Origin: Patescibacteria group bacterium
Lineage (GTDB): Bacteria; Patescibacteriota; UBA1384; XYA2-FULL-43-10; 1-14-0-10-43-13
Length of the DNA: 64,000 bases
Direction of reading: 5' to 3'
Assembly (NCBI GenBank): GCA_041674765.1
Contig: JBAYVE010000001.1
Span: 70,177-134,176, forward strand
The notes under the pieces are model-generated. The model was not told the origin of the DNA. It did not search any database and worked only from the letters and a program-made list of their open reading frames with translations. Shown here piece after piece: positions 21,378 to 31,715 of the stretch. Each line of letters begins with the position of its first letter. Positions within the stretch are counted from its first letter, which is position 1. The position numbers and the translations under genes were made by a program.

Positions 21378-22268
21378 ATGAAGTTGATAATAACTGGTTC
21401 GATAGGTCTTGATGATGTGAAAACTCCGTTTGGGGAGGTAGAAAAAGCTCTCGGCGGGAGCGGTGTTTATGCTTCAGCGGCTGCTTCTTTTTTTGAGAAA
21501 CCAGGTTTTGTGGGAATTATGGGCACGGAAATGCCGGCAAAACATTTAGAGTTGATGAAACGGTTCGATCTAAGAGGTGTCGAAGTAAAGGGAGAGACTT
21601 TCCGCTGGAAGGGGTTTTATGAGTACGACATGAACGAGGCAAAGACATTAGAGACAAAGCTTAATTCTCTTGCTGATTTTAACCCCATTCTTCCAGATGA
21701 TTATAGAAAAGCCAATTTTTTGTTTCTTGGAAATACCGATACGGATATTCAGTTAAATATAATTGATCAGATGGAGGGCAAGCCTTTTATTGTCCTAGAT
21801 ACTATGAATTTCTGGATCACTAGTAAACGTGAGAAATTACTTAGAGCTATCGCAAAAGTTAATTTAGTCGTTATGAATGAAGGGGAAGCGAGACAATTAT
21901 TTGATACACCAAACCTAATTAAGGCTGGAAAAATGCTTTTGGAGCTTGGACCGGAGTATGCGGTGATTAAAAAAGGAGAGCACGGTGCTCTACTCTTTGG
22001 TTATAACAGATTCTTCTCAGCGCCGGGGTACCCTCTGGAAGAGGTTAAAGATCCGACAGGAGCAGGTGATTCATTTGCTGGAGGTTTGATCGGTTATCTC
22101 GCCAAGACGGATGATATATCTTGGGAAAATCTCCGCAAGGCGGTCATTTATGGGAGCACCATTGCCTCTTTCTGCGCTGAAGATTTTAGTCTAAATTATT
22201 TAAATAAAATTAATCATAGAGAGATAGAGGAGCGTTATAATGTCTTTACCCAAATTAGAGAATTCTAA
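21378..22268 (+). CDS. PfkB-family carbohydrate/nucleoside kinase (probable adenosine kinase by context)
   Basis: GGSGVY, DTMNFWI, KKGEHG and [12 protein letters not shown] motifs. Confidence 0.85.
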   Translation: MKLIITGSIGLDDVKTPFGEVEKALGGSGVYASAAASFFEKPGFVGIMGTEMPAKHLELMKRFDLRGVEVKGETFRWKGFYEYDMNEAKTLETKLNSLADFNPILPDDYRKANFLFLGNTDTDIQLNIIDQMEGKPFIVLDTMNFWITSKREKLLRAIAKVNLVVMNEGEARQLFDTPNLIKAGKMLLELGPEYAVIKKGEHGALLFGYNRFFSAPGYPLEEVKDPTGAGDSFAGGLIGYLAKTDDISWENLRKAVIYGSTIASFCAEDFSLNYLNKINHREIEERYNVFTQIREF

Positions 22269-23559
22269 ATATCGAATCAAGGATATTGCGTTAGCCGATT
22301 GGGGACGTAAAGAGATAGTCTTAGCAGAAAAAGAGATGCCAGGTTTGATGGCTCTAAGAGATAAGTATGGCATGACGAAACCGTTAAAGGGAGCAAGAAT
22401 TGCTGGCTGTCTTCATATGACGATTCAAACAGCTGTTCTAATCGAAACTTTGATAGAGCTAGGCGCTGAAGTCCGGTGGAGTAGCTGTAATATTTATTCA
22501 ACACAGGATCATGCTGCTGCGGCAATTGCCAAGGCTGGCATTGCTGTTTTTGCCTGGAAAGGTGAGACGGAAGAGGAATATTGGTGGTGTGTCGAGCAAT
22601 CTTTGAAATTTGATGGCGGCAAAGGCCCTAATATGCTCTTAGATGATGGCGGCGATCTGACTTTGCTTGTCAACGATAAATATCCGAAACTTGCCGATGA
22701 TATCATCGGAGTTTCAGAGGAAACGACTACTGGTGTTCACCGTCTGTATCAGATGATGGCAAAGGGAACGCTGAAAATTCCTGCAATCAATGTAAATGAT
22801 TCGGTCACCAAATCTAAGTTTGATAATAAATATGGTTGTCGGGAGAGTTTGGCTGATGGCATCAAGAGAGCAACGGATATTATGCTGGCAGGTAAAGTTG
22901 TGGTGATTGCTGGCTTTGGTGATGTTGGTAAGGGTTGTGCTCAGAGCATGCAAGGTTATGGCGCGAGAGTACTTGTTACTGAAATCGATCCGATAAACGC
23001 CTTGCAAGCCGCCATGGAAGGTTTTCAAGTGGTAACTATGGAGGAAGCGGCTTCGGTTGGTGATATATTTGTCACAGCAACCGGTTGTTGCGATGTTATA
23101 TGCGGTGAGCACATGGAAAAGATGAAGGATGCTGCTATCGTCTGCAATATCGGCCATTTTGATAGTGAAATCGATGTTAAATGGCTCGAAGAACAGGCGC
23201 ATATCCATGAAGAGAATATTCAGCCTCAAGTCGATAAATTTGTTTGGGATAGCGGTAAATGTCTCATTCTTCTGTCACGCGGCCGCCTGGTGAATTTAGG
23301 CAATGCCCATGGTCATCCCAGTTTTGTGATGAGCAGCTCATTCACAAATCAGTGTTTGGCTCAAATTGCACTCTTTACCGAAAGTGAAAAGTATCAAAGA
23401 GGACAAGTCTATACTTTGCCGAAGGAATTGGATGAAGAGGTTGCCAGGCTTCATTTAAAGAAAATTGGAGTTCACTTAACAACTCTTACCAAAAAACAGT
23501 CAAAATATTTAGGTATTCCGGCCAAAGGTCCATTCAAACCGGATCACTATCGTTATTAG
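22240..23559 (+). CDS. ahcY: Adenosylhomocysteinase
   Basis: [41 protein letters not shown] and GHPSFVMS motifs. Confidence 0.97.
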   Translation: MSLPKLENSKYRIKDIALADWGRKEIVLAEKEMPGLMALRDKYGMTKPLKGARIAGCLHMTIQTAVLIETLIELGAEVRWSSCNIYSTQDHAAAAIAKAGIAVFAWKGETEEEYWWCVEQSLKFDGGKGPNMLLDDGGDLTLLVNDKYPKLADDIIGVSEETTTGVHRLYQMMAKGTLKIPAINVNDSVTKSKFDNKYGCRESLADGIKRATDIMLAGKVVVIAGFGDVGKGCAQSMQGYGARVLVTEIDPINALQAAMEGFQVVTMEEAASVGDIFVTATGCCDVICGEHMEKMKDAAIVCNIGHFDSEIDVKWLEEQAHIHEENIQPQVDKFVWDSGKCLILLSRGRLVNLGNAHGHPSFVMSSSFTNQCLAQIALFTESEKYQRGQVYTLPKELDEEVARLHLKKIGVHLTTLTKKQSKYLGIPAKGPFKPDHYRY

Positions 23560-23576
23560 TTTCCTTACAGATCATC

Positions 23577-25115
23577 TTAAAAATTATTGGGGTGTATGAT
23601 TTTGAACAGGTAAACATCGTTGATTGGACTTTGGCTATGTTTTACTAGTATAAGATTTTCTAGACTAGTGTATATTTCAGGACTGTCTGTTCTAACGTGA
23701 CTTGGTAACCAGCCAAGCTGAGTTGACATTATTAGGTAATCCCGCTCGGGATATATTCCCTGACAATTGATACCATCAAAGCAATAGTCCTCCCGAAATC
23801 CTGGTAAGAGTTTGGGGGCATAGAAGTTGAAACTTTGCATCAAAACCTTTTCGGGATTGATATTTTCTGCCTTGATGAATGCAAAAATTTCCATGTCAGC
23901 AGAGGTGGCTCTGATCATTGGCTCATATGCTTTTGCGCTGATTATTCTTTGTTTTACAGGGAGAAATAAAGCGATTACAAATATTGTTAGTAGGAGTATT
24001 TTAAAAGAAAAGATCTTTTTATTATCTTGTGCCAGATAGCCTAATAAAACTCCGGCAGAAATGGCGAGGGGGAGAGTCATATCTCTGGCTAGTCTGTCGG
24101 GATTACTCAAGAAGGTCATTCTTGATCCGATAAAAAGGATGATTGCCCAGATATAGATAAAAATGAAAGTAAAAAGCCAATTTTTGTCCTTTGTTCTGAA
24201 AAGTATGATCGGAAAGGCCAGAAACCCTAGCACCAATATTAATAAGGAGATTGTTCCAAAGTTTGAGATGAAATCACCAGGGATTTTCCAGGCTACCGAC
24301 TTGGCCGTTGCCACAATCTCAAAAAAAGGATAAGAACTTCCGAAATGAATCATCGTGGAGGCTAAACTTTTGGCTGAAGTAAAAAGAGAAGTATTCAGAA
24401 ACACAAAGGCGAGTCCGGATATCAAAGTGAAATAAATCAGAAATAAAAGGAGTCCTCTTTTCCATTGCCAGCGGCGGAAAATCCAAAAAGATACCAAGAC
24501 AACAGGCCAGGCGACTGTCCCGATTGCGAGGAGATAGAAGGTCGTAAAATGATGCGTCAGGGGAATTAGAAGTAGAATTAGAATCGATAAAGTTAGTAGC
24601 CACATCCTATATTTCGATCTCGATTTGATGAAAAAGGTTAAAAATGCAAGACCCAATGGCAATAGAAATTGTGCTGCTAACAGATTTGGGTAGCTACCAT
24701 CATTTATAGTTTGGACCGGAAGTCTTGTCGCAAACGAATAAATAAAAAAAGCAGCAGTTCCTGCTTCAATACCAAGAATTGAATATGCAAGCAGGAAAAC
24801 GGCAAGAGAACACAGAATTAATATTCCAGGGTAACTCCACTTGATTATGTCGAGTGGATCGGCCTGAAAAATCTCTGCTGCTTTTGCAACCATGAAGTGA
24901 TAGGCAGGTGGGTACCCCCCACGTTGTAGGATTGAAAAGACGCTCTCTTTTTGCTCGAAGATATTATTTGCTGCAAGGAAATGATTCATGGGATCGTCCC
25001 CTGGAGGTACAAGATATTGATAATGTGCTAATCCATAATATTGGATCCAAACTAGGGCGATAAAGGCGAGCCCGAAGAAAGACCACCATAAAAATTTTGA
25101 GCTAACTTTTGGCAT
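23577..25115 (-). CDS. Polytopic membrane protein, GT-C-like (archaeal-type DUF)
   Basis: PPGDDPMNH, YPPAYH, YPN and THHFT motifs plus many TM segments. Start re-placed at ATG 25115 (AAGGAG SD). Confidence 0.6.
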   Translation of the reverse strand: MPKVSSKFLWWSFFGLAFIALVWIQYYGLAHYQYLVPPGDDPMNHFLAANNIFEQKESVFSILQRGGYPPAYHFMVAKAAEIFQADPLDIIKWSYPGILILCSLAVFLLAYSILGIEAGTAAFFIYSFATRLPVQTINDGSYPNLLAAQFLLPLGLAFLTFFIKSRSKYRMWLLTLSILILLLIPLTHHFTTFYLLAIGTVAWPVVLVSFWIFRRWQWKRGLLLFLIYFTLISGLAFVFLNTSLFTSAKSLASTMIHFGSSYPFFEIVATAKSVAWKIPGDFISNFGTISLLILVLGFLAFPIILFRTKDKNWLFTFIFIYIWAIILFIGSRMTFLSNPDRLARDMTLPLAISAGVLLGYLAQDNKKIFSFKILLLTIFVIALFLPVKQRIISAKAYEPMIRATSADMEIFAFIKAENINPEKVLMQSFNFYAPKLLPGFREDYCFDGINCQGIYPERDYLIMSTQLGWLPSHVRTDSPEIYTSLENLILVKHSQSPINDVYLFKIIHPNNF

Positions 25116-26547
25116 TTGTTTTCTCCTTTTGAGCGATTGATTGAATTGAATCTTTGGTAATAATTTTGAAACAATATGCCAGAAATAGGTAGAAAGAAAT
25201 GACAACAAAGGAAAGGATTAGAAAATGGAGAGGTAAAAAAGTCTTCAATACAATTGCCAAAACTACGGATAAAAAGGATATGAGGCAGATTCTCAAAATC
25301 ATCATATAGTCCAATCGGTATTTAATTATTTTCTTAGTATAATGATAATCAATAACCAAAAGAACTATCTGAGATAAAAAAGTGCCATATGCTCCGCCCA
25401 TAAAAGAATATTTGGGAATCAAGATCAGGTTGCACACAAAGTTGAAGAGAAGGATAAAAACCGAAATACGAAGGAGTAGTTTGCGCTCATCAGCAGCAAT
25501 CAATATTTCAGCTAGCAATATATCAATATAAATTATTGGTAAAGTAAACGCAAGGAAAACTAACGCTCTGCTGCCCGAAATAAAACTTTCATTACTCAAA
25601 AAGATGATAATCTCTCGAGAAAAAACAAAAGAAATAATCGAGATAGGTAAACCGAGGAAGAGCATTACTGAAATAGATTTCGAGACCAGCCCTTTCAAAT
25701 AGTTTTTATCTTTCTCTATATGCGACGATATGATGGGCTTTAAGGAGCTCGCAAAATAAGAGCCGAAGAAAATAGAAACCTCTAGTATTTTATACGCTAC
25801 TGAATAGATTCCTACAGCTGCCGCTCCTTTGATAACAAATAGCATAAGGGTATCAAGCTTGAAGAAGAGGTTGCTGATGATAAAAACAACCCCGATCGGC
25901 CAGGCCATATTAAATATCCAATCGGCGATTTTTTTGTTATAGCTGATGCCAAACTTGGTGAAGCGGGTAGAGAACAACCACTTGAAGAGGAATATCATCA
26001 AACCGGAGAGGGCGATCGTCGACATAATTAAGAGAAAATTACCATGGAAACGAATGACTATAATTAGCGCAATAATCGAGATTATCTTACTCAGAAATTC
26101 GGCTAGGGCTGAGAACTGCATTTTCAGACGGTATTGCAAGATAATATCATAAACGCTACCAAGCAAATTAAAAAAGAGAAAACCGCAAGCGATTATCGTC
26201 CCAAAAACAATATTATTGTCGCCTCTATATTTGGAGAGAAGAATAATCAGTATTGCTATCAGGCAAGCGGCTAAGGCGCTGATAATTCTGATCACTAGAA
26301 CATTGGCCAATATTTTTTTTTCGGAATCTGGATTTTTGGCGATTTCCCGCACTGTCACAGAGAAGAGACCGAGGTCGGCGATAACGATGAAGAAATTTAC
26401 ATAGGTCGTTATAGTGTTATATTCTCCAACGCCGTCGACACCCAGATAATTTGTAAGCAGTTTTATGGAAATCAAAGTAAAGCCCAGCGTCACTAGCCGG
26501 ACTAATATTTGGGAAGCGGTATTTATGAAGACAGTTCTTCGATTCAT
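25102..26547 (-). CDS. Wzx-type flippase
   Basis: YLGVDGVGEY, ADLGL, KLDTLML, VGIYSVAYK and NLILIPKYSFMGGA motifs. Confidence 0.85.
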   Translation of the reverse strand: MNRRTVFINTASQILVRLVTLGFTLISIKLLTNYLGVDGVGEYNTITTYVNFFIVIADLGLFSVTVREIAKNPDSEKKILANVLVIRIISALAACLIAILIILLSKYRGDNNIVFGTIIACGFLFFNLLGSVYDIILQYRLKMQFSALAEFLSKIISIIALIIVIRFHGNFLLIMSTIALSGLMIFLFKWLFSTRFTKFGISYNKKIADWIFNMAWPIGVVFIISNLFFKLDTLMLFVIKGAAAVGIYSVAYKILEVSIFFGSYFASSLKPIISSHIEKDKNYLKGLVSKSISVMLFLGLPISIISFVFSREIIIFLSNESFISGSRALVFLAFTLPIIYIDILLAEILIAADERKLLLRISVFILLFNFVCNLILIPKYSFMGGAYGTFLSQIVLLVIDYHYTKKIIKYRLDYMMILRICLISFLSVVLAIVLKTFLPLHFLILSFVVISFYLFLAYCFKIITKDSIQSIAQKEKTNAKS

Positions 26548-26563
26548 TGGTTGATAGACCTGC

Positions 26564-27826
26564 CTAATTGTTTATTTTTATACTTCTTGCTAATTTGACC
26601 ATTTCTTTTCTTCGGAGAAAATAAAGTACAAGAACGCCAATTCCGATTATCAAGATTATACCGCCGAGTATTCCGGATAGAATAGGGTAATTGATTTTTT
26701 CATACCATTTCTTCTCCGGAATTATTGGGGGGTTCGTGTCTTCTTCTGTGAGCATCGTTACTGTCCCACCTTTGGCCTGAGAGACTTCAAAGATTACAGG
26801 GTCGCTAACTGGTGTCAATAATTTGTTATCTTGCCCCTGTATAGTAAGTCTATAGAACCCGGACTTGATCGGAAAATCAACCAAAAATTCGAATTTCCCA
26901 TCCAAGCCAGCCTTGACGGACATTAGTTTGTTCTCGGGCAATGTAGGCGACGGATCCAGCTTGATATTGGCCATATAGTTTGGTTCGGTATAGCCGGAAA
27001 TTAATAATCCTGAAACTGTGCCGTCTTTAATATTGTTGGTAAAGGGATCGGACTTTCTTGCATTTATATCATGTGGTTTCTGCAGTTGTTCCTGAATTTT
27101 CGGATCCGGTTCTTTGATCGTAACCTTAAAATGGGTTGTTTCTCCCCAACCGTCTCCATTTAGCGCTCTAATATGAAAATAATAAGTTCCGATTGCTTGG
27201 TTATCATATGTTATTGATGTACTTGAGTTTGTTGCGCTTGCTGGTGGGACAGTTTCTGCCGCTTGATCCAGAAGATACGAAAATCCAGTCACCCCGGATG
27301 GCTTATCCCAAGACAATTCAATGGTTGTAATTTCATAAGATACAGTTGGATCTGGATGACTGCTGGAAGCGACAGTGATGCTACCAGGAGGCGTAGGCCT
27401 ACGCTGGATGCTAAAAGAGACGCTACCTCCGTTTGTGCCGACTATCGGACCTTTATTGGCTAACTGAACGCCAGAAACGGAAATGGAGCCGGAACCAGTT
27501 GAAGCTGCTTTGACGGTCAGGGTAGCAATTTTAAAAGAACTGGTTGCAGTGGTTAGGGCTCCTGCAAAACTACCGGCGCCTGTCGGTTTGGTCACCCATA
27601 ATGCGTCTCCTGCATTACAGCCAACGATCTTGAGTGAGCCGGAAGATGAAATTGTGCCGCTAAAGGCATTGAATGTCGCCCCTGATGCCATCACGCTAAC
27701 AGAAAATTGATCGCCGACATATTTCGGACTGCCTCCGGAGACGGAGATGCCCGCGGCAAGTGCCGGTTCTGGAAACCAAAGGGATGATAACGATAAGAGT
27801 ATTACCCCCATAAAAATTTTCTTCAT
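26564..27826 (-). CDS. Secreted, membrane-anchored protein with an N-terminal cohesin-like domain and Ig/FN3-like domains
   Basis: Signal peptide ending ALA-A; VGDQFSVSV...NAFSG...W..KP...IATLTVKA..G..LAN cohesin pattern; GTYYFHIRA; C-terminal TM helix plus basic tail. Start at ATG 27826 (AAGGAG SD). Confidence 0.65.
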   Translation of the reverse strand: MKKIFMGVILLSLSSLWFPEPALAAGISVSGGSPKYVGDQFSVSVMASGATFNAFSGTISSSGSLKIVGCNAGDALWVTKPTGAGSFAGALTTATSSFKIATLTVKAASTGSGSISVSGVQLANKGPIVGTNGGSVSFSIQRRPTPPGSITVASSSHPDPTVSYEITTIELSWDKPSGVTGFSYLLDQAAETVPPASATNSSTSITYDNQAIGTYYFHIRALNGDGWGETTHFKVTIKEPDPKIQEQLQKPHDINARKSDPFTNNIKDGTVSGLLISGYTEPNYMANIKLDPSPTLPENKLMSVKAGLDGKFEFLVDFPIKSGFYRLTIQGQDNKLLTPVSDPVIFEVSQAKGGTVTMLTEEDTNPPIIPEKKWYEKINYPILSGILGGIILIIGIGVLVLYFLRRKEMVKLARSIKINN

Positions 27827-27929
27827 ATGCTCCTTTAAAATTACGAATGATGAATTATGAATCACGGAGCAAAGGTTGGTTCTCAGCTCTTCCTTGTTCT
27901 TGATTCTTAATTCTTAATCCTAATTTTAC

Positions 27930-29072
27930 TTAACTCCCCCAATAGCCAGCCAATATTGATAAATCCTGGACATTTATTTTATGCCCAACTTCACCTGTTA
28001 GGTTTGCTAGCGGCTCCTCCGGGTTAATTTGATCCCAATATGCGGCGAAAATAGAGAGGTCCTGAAGATCAGTACCTCCATCGCCATTTACATCACCAGG
28101 CTTATGTATAACTATGGTAATTGATTTTTGGGCTAAAACTTTGCCGGCGCTGTCAGTGTAGTCGATTGTATAGCTGTTTGTGCCAAAGGCTAGTCCGCTT
28201 AATTCGAGTTTCCAGTCTTTGGATCCTATTTCCCCGAGTACGGTACTGCTACCATGTAATACAGCCCTGGAGTCAGTCCTTTTCAGCCCTGAAACTTTTT
28301 GATTTGAATTGTAAGTCTTGAGCGTAAAGTTGACTGTATCGTTGGCATCAGAATCAGCGGTAATGGTAAACCAGCCGGTATAGAGATTATAAAAATTAAA
28401 AGCGCTATCAAAAACATGGGGAGTATAGCGATAAATCGAAGCCGTAGCAGCATTGGTGAAAGTAACAGCATATTTGCCGTCAACGTTGTTCATGGTTTGG
28501 CCAACCTGAAAATCCAGGCCTTTGCCTTGGGCTCTTTCTGCATTGTAGCGTAACTGCCAGGCTGCCCATTCGACCTGATTGGTGAAGCCAAAATAATGAG
28601 AACTACATGAACTACTATCCGGACAACCATAACCCATTGCGATATCGAGCCGGTTCTCGTTTCTGGATCCTAACGTAATCAAACTTTGTTCTTTCTGAAG
28701 CATAACCAAAAGTACTTTGGGGCTCACAGTCCCTGTTGATTCGTTCAAAGTCACTCCGTTTAAGGTATCTCCAAGCCAGGTGTCATATGGGGATTGGGTG
28801 AATTTTTTACCATGGGCGGCATCGTAAATTATTCGTGCCGCGCTTCTGCCTGCCTCAGAGAAATCCTTGAGGTAACTACCATTATTGACTAAAAATTGTT
28901 GGATAGCGGCCTCGGACATAGAGCCGACATCGGTAAAATCTCTATTGGAAATCAAATTATTATAAATTTTATTGTTGATAAAATAATCGGAGGACACAGC
29001 GGCACTCGCAGTTTGCAGATTTCCCGAGAAAGTAATCGCCAGAGTTATCATAATAAGCAACAATTTCTTCAT
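27930..29072 (-). CDS. Secreted protein with a putative cell-wall-hydrolase-like domain and a C-terminal dockerin
   Basis: Signal peptide; SPKVLLVMLQKEQSL, AMGYGCPD, GFTNQV and ATASIYRYTPH motifs; duplicated Ca-binding repeat GDVNGDGGTDLQDLSIFAAYW / INVQDLSILAGYW. Confidence 0.65.
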   Translation of the reverse strand: MKKLLLIMITLAITFSGNLQTASAAVSSDYFINNKIYNNLISNRDFTDVGSMSEAAIQQFLVNNGSYLKDFSEAGRSAARIIYDAAHGKKFTQSPYDTWLGDTLNGVTLNESTGTVSPKVLLVMLQKEQSLITLGSRNENRLDIAMGYGCPDSSSCSSHYFGFTNQVEWAAWQLRYNAERAQGKGLDFQVGQTMNNVDGKYAVTFTNAATASIYRYTPHVFDSAFNFYNLYTGWFTITADSDANDTVNFTLKTYNSNQKVSGLKRTDSRAVLHGSSTVLGEIGSKDWKLELSGLAFGTNSYTIDYTDSAGKVLAQKSITIVIHKPGDVNGDGGTDLQDLSIFAAYWDQINPEEPLANLTGEVGHKINVQDLSILAGYWGS

Positions 29073-29177
29073 TTTATATTGCGCTTTGTTAATTCTAATA
29101 CGTTTATATTATATCATTGGGGGGTGAATGATTAAAAGACCTGTAACCTATATTGGAAAAGATAGGAACTTTTTTGT

Positions 29178-30464
29178 ATGATGGAGCTAATGCTAAAAAA
29201 AATTGAGCTGATTATTTTTTCGTTACTCCTGTTGGCACTTCCCTTTGAAAGAGCCCTCACCTTTGAATTTATGGGGTTTACTATGAAACCGCCATATTTT
29301 TTGGCTATTGCCCTGTTGGTCATTTTCTTATGGCAAATCATCTTTCTTGAGAAAAAAGTAAGACTTCAAAAGGAAGAAATTTTTCTCTACGCCTTTGTCT
29401 TGTGGTCATTTGCAACCGTTTTCTGGTCGATCGAACAAAGGCATACAGTGATCGTAAGTAGCATGTTCCTGTTTATGGCGTTCCTATACTCCACTGTTAA
29501 AAGACTCAATTTAAATTTCACCCATCAGGAGAAGTATCTTCAAATTTTTATTTGGCTTGGTTTGGCAGTATCAATTATTGCAATCTACCAATTTTTTGGT
29601 GACATGTTGGGTCTGCCGCAAAAATATACATTACTCTCAGATTTGTATACCAAAGACCTCTTTGGCTTTCCGCGAGTCCAATCCACCTTCTTTGAACCTG
29701 GTTTTCTGGCAAACTTTTTACTAATTCCTATCTTCTTAAATATCCGCGCAATCATCCACGCCAAAAATAAAATGCATTTCCTCTCCCTTTTTGTGATTGG
29801 GTTAGCTTTTTTTCTGACTTTATCCAGAGGGGGTATTTTTACTCTTGTTGTGGGTCTTGTGACTTTTAGTTTAGGGTTTATTTTTTCTGGCGGGAAGGAA
29901 AAGCCAATTCAGTTTTTGCGTTACTTTGTTACTATTCTATCCTCTCTAGTCTTTGCAGTTCTTTTAATCTTCCTTTTTGCGAGAAGCGAGGGCGCAAAGA
30001 ACTATTTATCGCAGGTAATAAATACAGAGGATGCGAGAGAGGTCAATCACGAATATATCCAGCTGGCTGCTAGAAGTTACACCGTAAGGATCGCTTTGCA
30101 AGAATGGAGGAAGAACCCATTGTTTGGTGTCGGTACTGGCGCTTTCGGAGCGCTGCCAGAATTTGCCACAATCCGTGAACAGGGGAACACCAGGCAAACA
30201 GTTAATAGTCTTTATCCTGAGGTACTAGTCGAGGAAGGGCTGATCGGACTTGGATTGTTCATCGCTTTCTTATTATCCGCTCTTATCTCTTTGAGACGGC
30301 GACTGAAAATGAATTATTTGCTTTATTTAACTTTTTCTTGCATCATTTTCGCTATTTTTTTACAATACATTTCTTTTTCAACTTTATATCTTGTCTATGT
30401 TTGGGTTTTTCTTGGCTTGGCGATGTCTTCTAACCACAACGATAAAGTGTTAAAATCAAGTTAA
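29178..30464 (+). CDS. O-antigen ligase (Wzy_C) family protein
   Basis: RVQSTFFEPGFLA, LTLSRGG, NPLFGVGTGAF and LVEEGLIG motifs. Confidence 0.8.
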   Translation: MMELMLKKIELIIFSLLLLALPFERALTFEFMGFTMKPPYFLAIALLVIFLWQIIFLEKKVRLQKEEIFLYAFVLWSFATVFWSIEQRHTVIVSSMFLFMAFLYSTVKRLNLNFTHQEKYLQIFIWLGLAVSIIAIYQFFGDMLGLPQKYTLLSDLYTKDLFGFPRVQSTFFEPGFLANFLLIPIFLNIRAIIHAKNKMHFLSLFVIGLAFFLTLSRGGIFTLVVGLVTFSLGFIFSGGKEKPIQFLRYFVTILSSLVFAVLLIFLFARSEGAKNYLSQVINTEDAREVNHEYIQLAARSYTVRIALQEWRKNPLFGVGTGAFGALPEFATIREQGNTRQTVNSLYPEVLVEEGLIGLGLFIAFLLSALISLRRRLKMNYLLYLTFSCIIFAIFLQYISFSTLYLVYVWVFLGLAMSSNHNDKVLKSS

Positions 30465-31715
30465 ATGAAGACACCTGGCAAAATCTCTTTGTTTCTAATC
30501 ATTTCGGCGGTTTTTTTATTCCCGTTTTATTTTTTTCGTTTTGATATTCTTGGAATCCCAACTAATATTTTTGAAATTGCAGTTGCTCTCTCAGTCCTTT
30601 CTATTTTTTATTTTGTATTTTCTGCAAAAAGAAAACTTAAATTTGGCCCACTTTGGCCGTATTTCATCTTGCTAGCTGCTTTTCTCTCGGTTTTTCTTTC
30701 GATCGATGAGGCGACTGCTTTAGGCATTTTCAAGGGCTGGTTTGCGATACCTTTCCTTCTCTATTTCTCGATAATTAATATATTCACTGAAAAAAATATC
30801 TCAAAATTAATTTTTCCTTTGTATATATCCTCTCTGTTGGTTGCTCTCTGGACGGTAGCGCAGAAAGCCTCTATTGTCGGTACCTTGTTTTATCAAAAAG
30901 GAGACAACACCTTCGGCCAGTATCTGGAACAAGGACGAACTTTTGGTCCATTTGAATCCCCAAACTTTCTGGCGATGTTTTTAGTACCGGCATTTTTTCT
31001 CTCTATAATTATATGGCCTTTATTGGTAAGCAAATTTGTGAAAATATGTTTTTTGGTATCGTTGGCTTTACCGCTGACTGCGCTTTATTTCTCACAGTCA
31101 AAAGCCGGTATTCTGGCGCTAGTATTTAGTGTAATCTTCGCCATACTTATAATTATTCGAGGTAGGGCTGACAATTCGCGTTCCAAGGCTTCTTTCAAGA
31201 CGAAATCAATCTTTCTCTTGCCTATTCTAGCTTCAATTATTTTTGCTTTCCTTGCATATACAAAGATCGATCTAAACTCAGGTAGCAACAACGTCCGAAA
31301 AGAAATTTATAGTTATTCATGGCAGATGGCCGGGGGAAGTCCGATAAAGGGAATAGGTTTGGGCTCATTTCAGGATGAGATTGCAAGTCTCTCTTCAACA
31401 AATGAGTCGTTTAAACTATACGGCCTGCCATATGCACTGCACCCCCATAATATATTTTTGGCCTTTTGGCTTTACCTCGGTGCTCTTGGTATATTAGCAT
31501 TTTTGTCTGTTCTCGCCTGGTATTACTGTAATTTATTTAAGATCAAGGATTACTTTGTTAAAGCTTTGCTTTTTGCCGGCATGACAGCAGTTTTGATTCA
31601 TGGGTTGTTTGATACTACTTATTTTAAGAATGATCTATCGGCTCTGTTTTGGCTACTCTTGGCTTTGACTTTTATTTACCGGAAGGATGATGGGAAAGAT
31701 TTGGCAAAAAGTTAA
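30465..31715 (+). CDS. O-antigen ligase family protein
   Basis: RTFGPFESPNFLA, SQSKAG, PIKGIGLGSF, HPHNIFL and HGLFDTTYFKND motifs. Confidence 0.82.
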   Translation: MKTPGKISLFLIISAVFLFPFYFFRFDILGIPTNIFEIAVALSVLSIFYFVFSAKRKLKFGPLWPYFILLAAFLSVFLSIDEATALGIFKGWFAIPFLLYFSIINIFTEKNISKLIFPLYISSLLVALWTVAQKASIVGTLFYQKGDNTFGQYLEQGRTFGPFESPNFLAMFLVPAFFLSIIIWPLLVSKFVKICFLVSLALPLTALYFSQSKAGILALVFSVIFAILIIIRGRADNSRSKASFKTKSIFLLPILASIIFAFLAYTKIDLNSGSNNVRKEIYSYSWQMAGGSPIKGIGLGSFQDEIASLSSTNESFKLYGLPYALHPHNIFLAFWLYLGALGILAFLSVLAWYYCNLFKIKDYFVKALLFAGMTAVLIHGLFDTTYFKNDLSALFWLLLALTFIYRKDDGKDLAKS

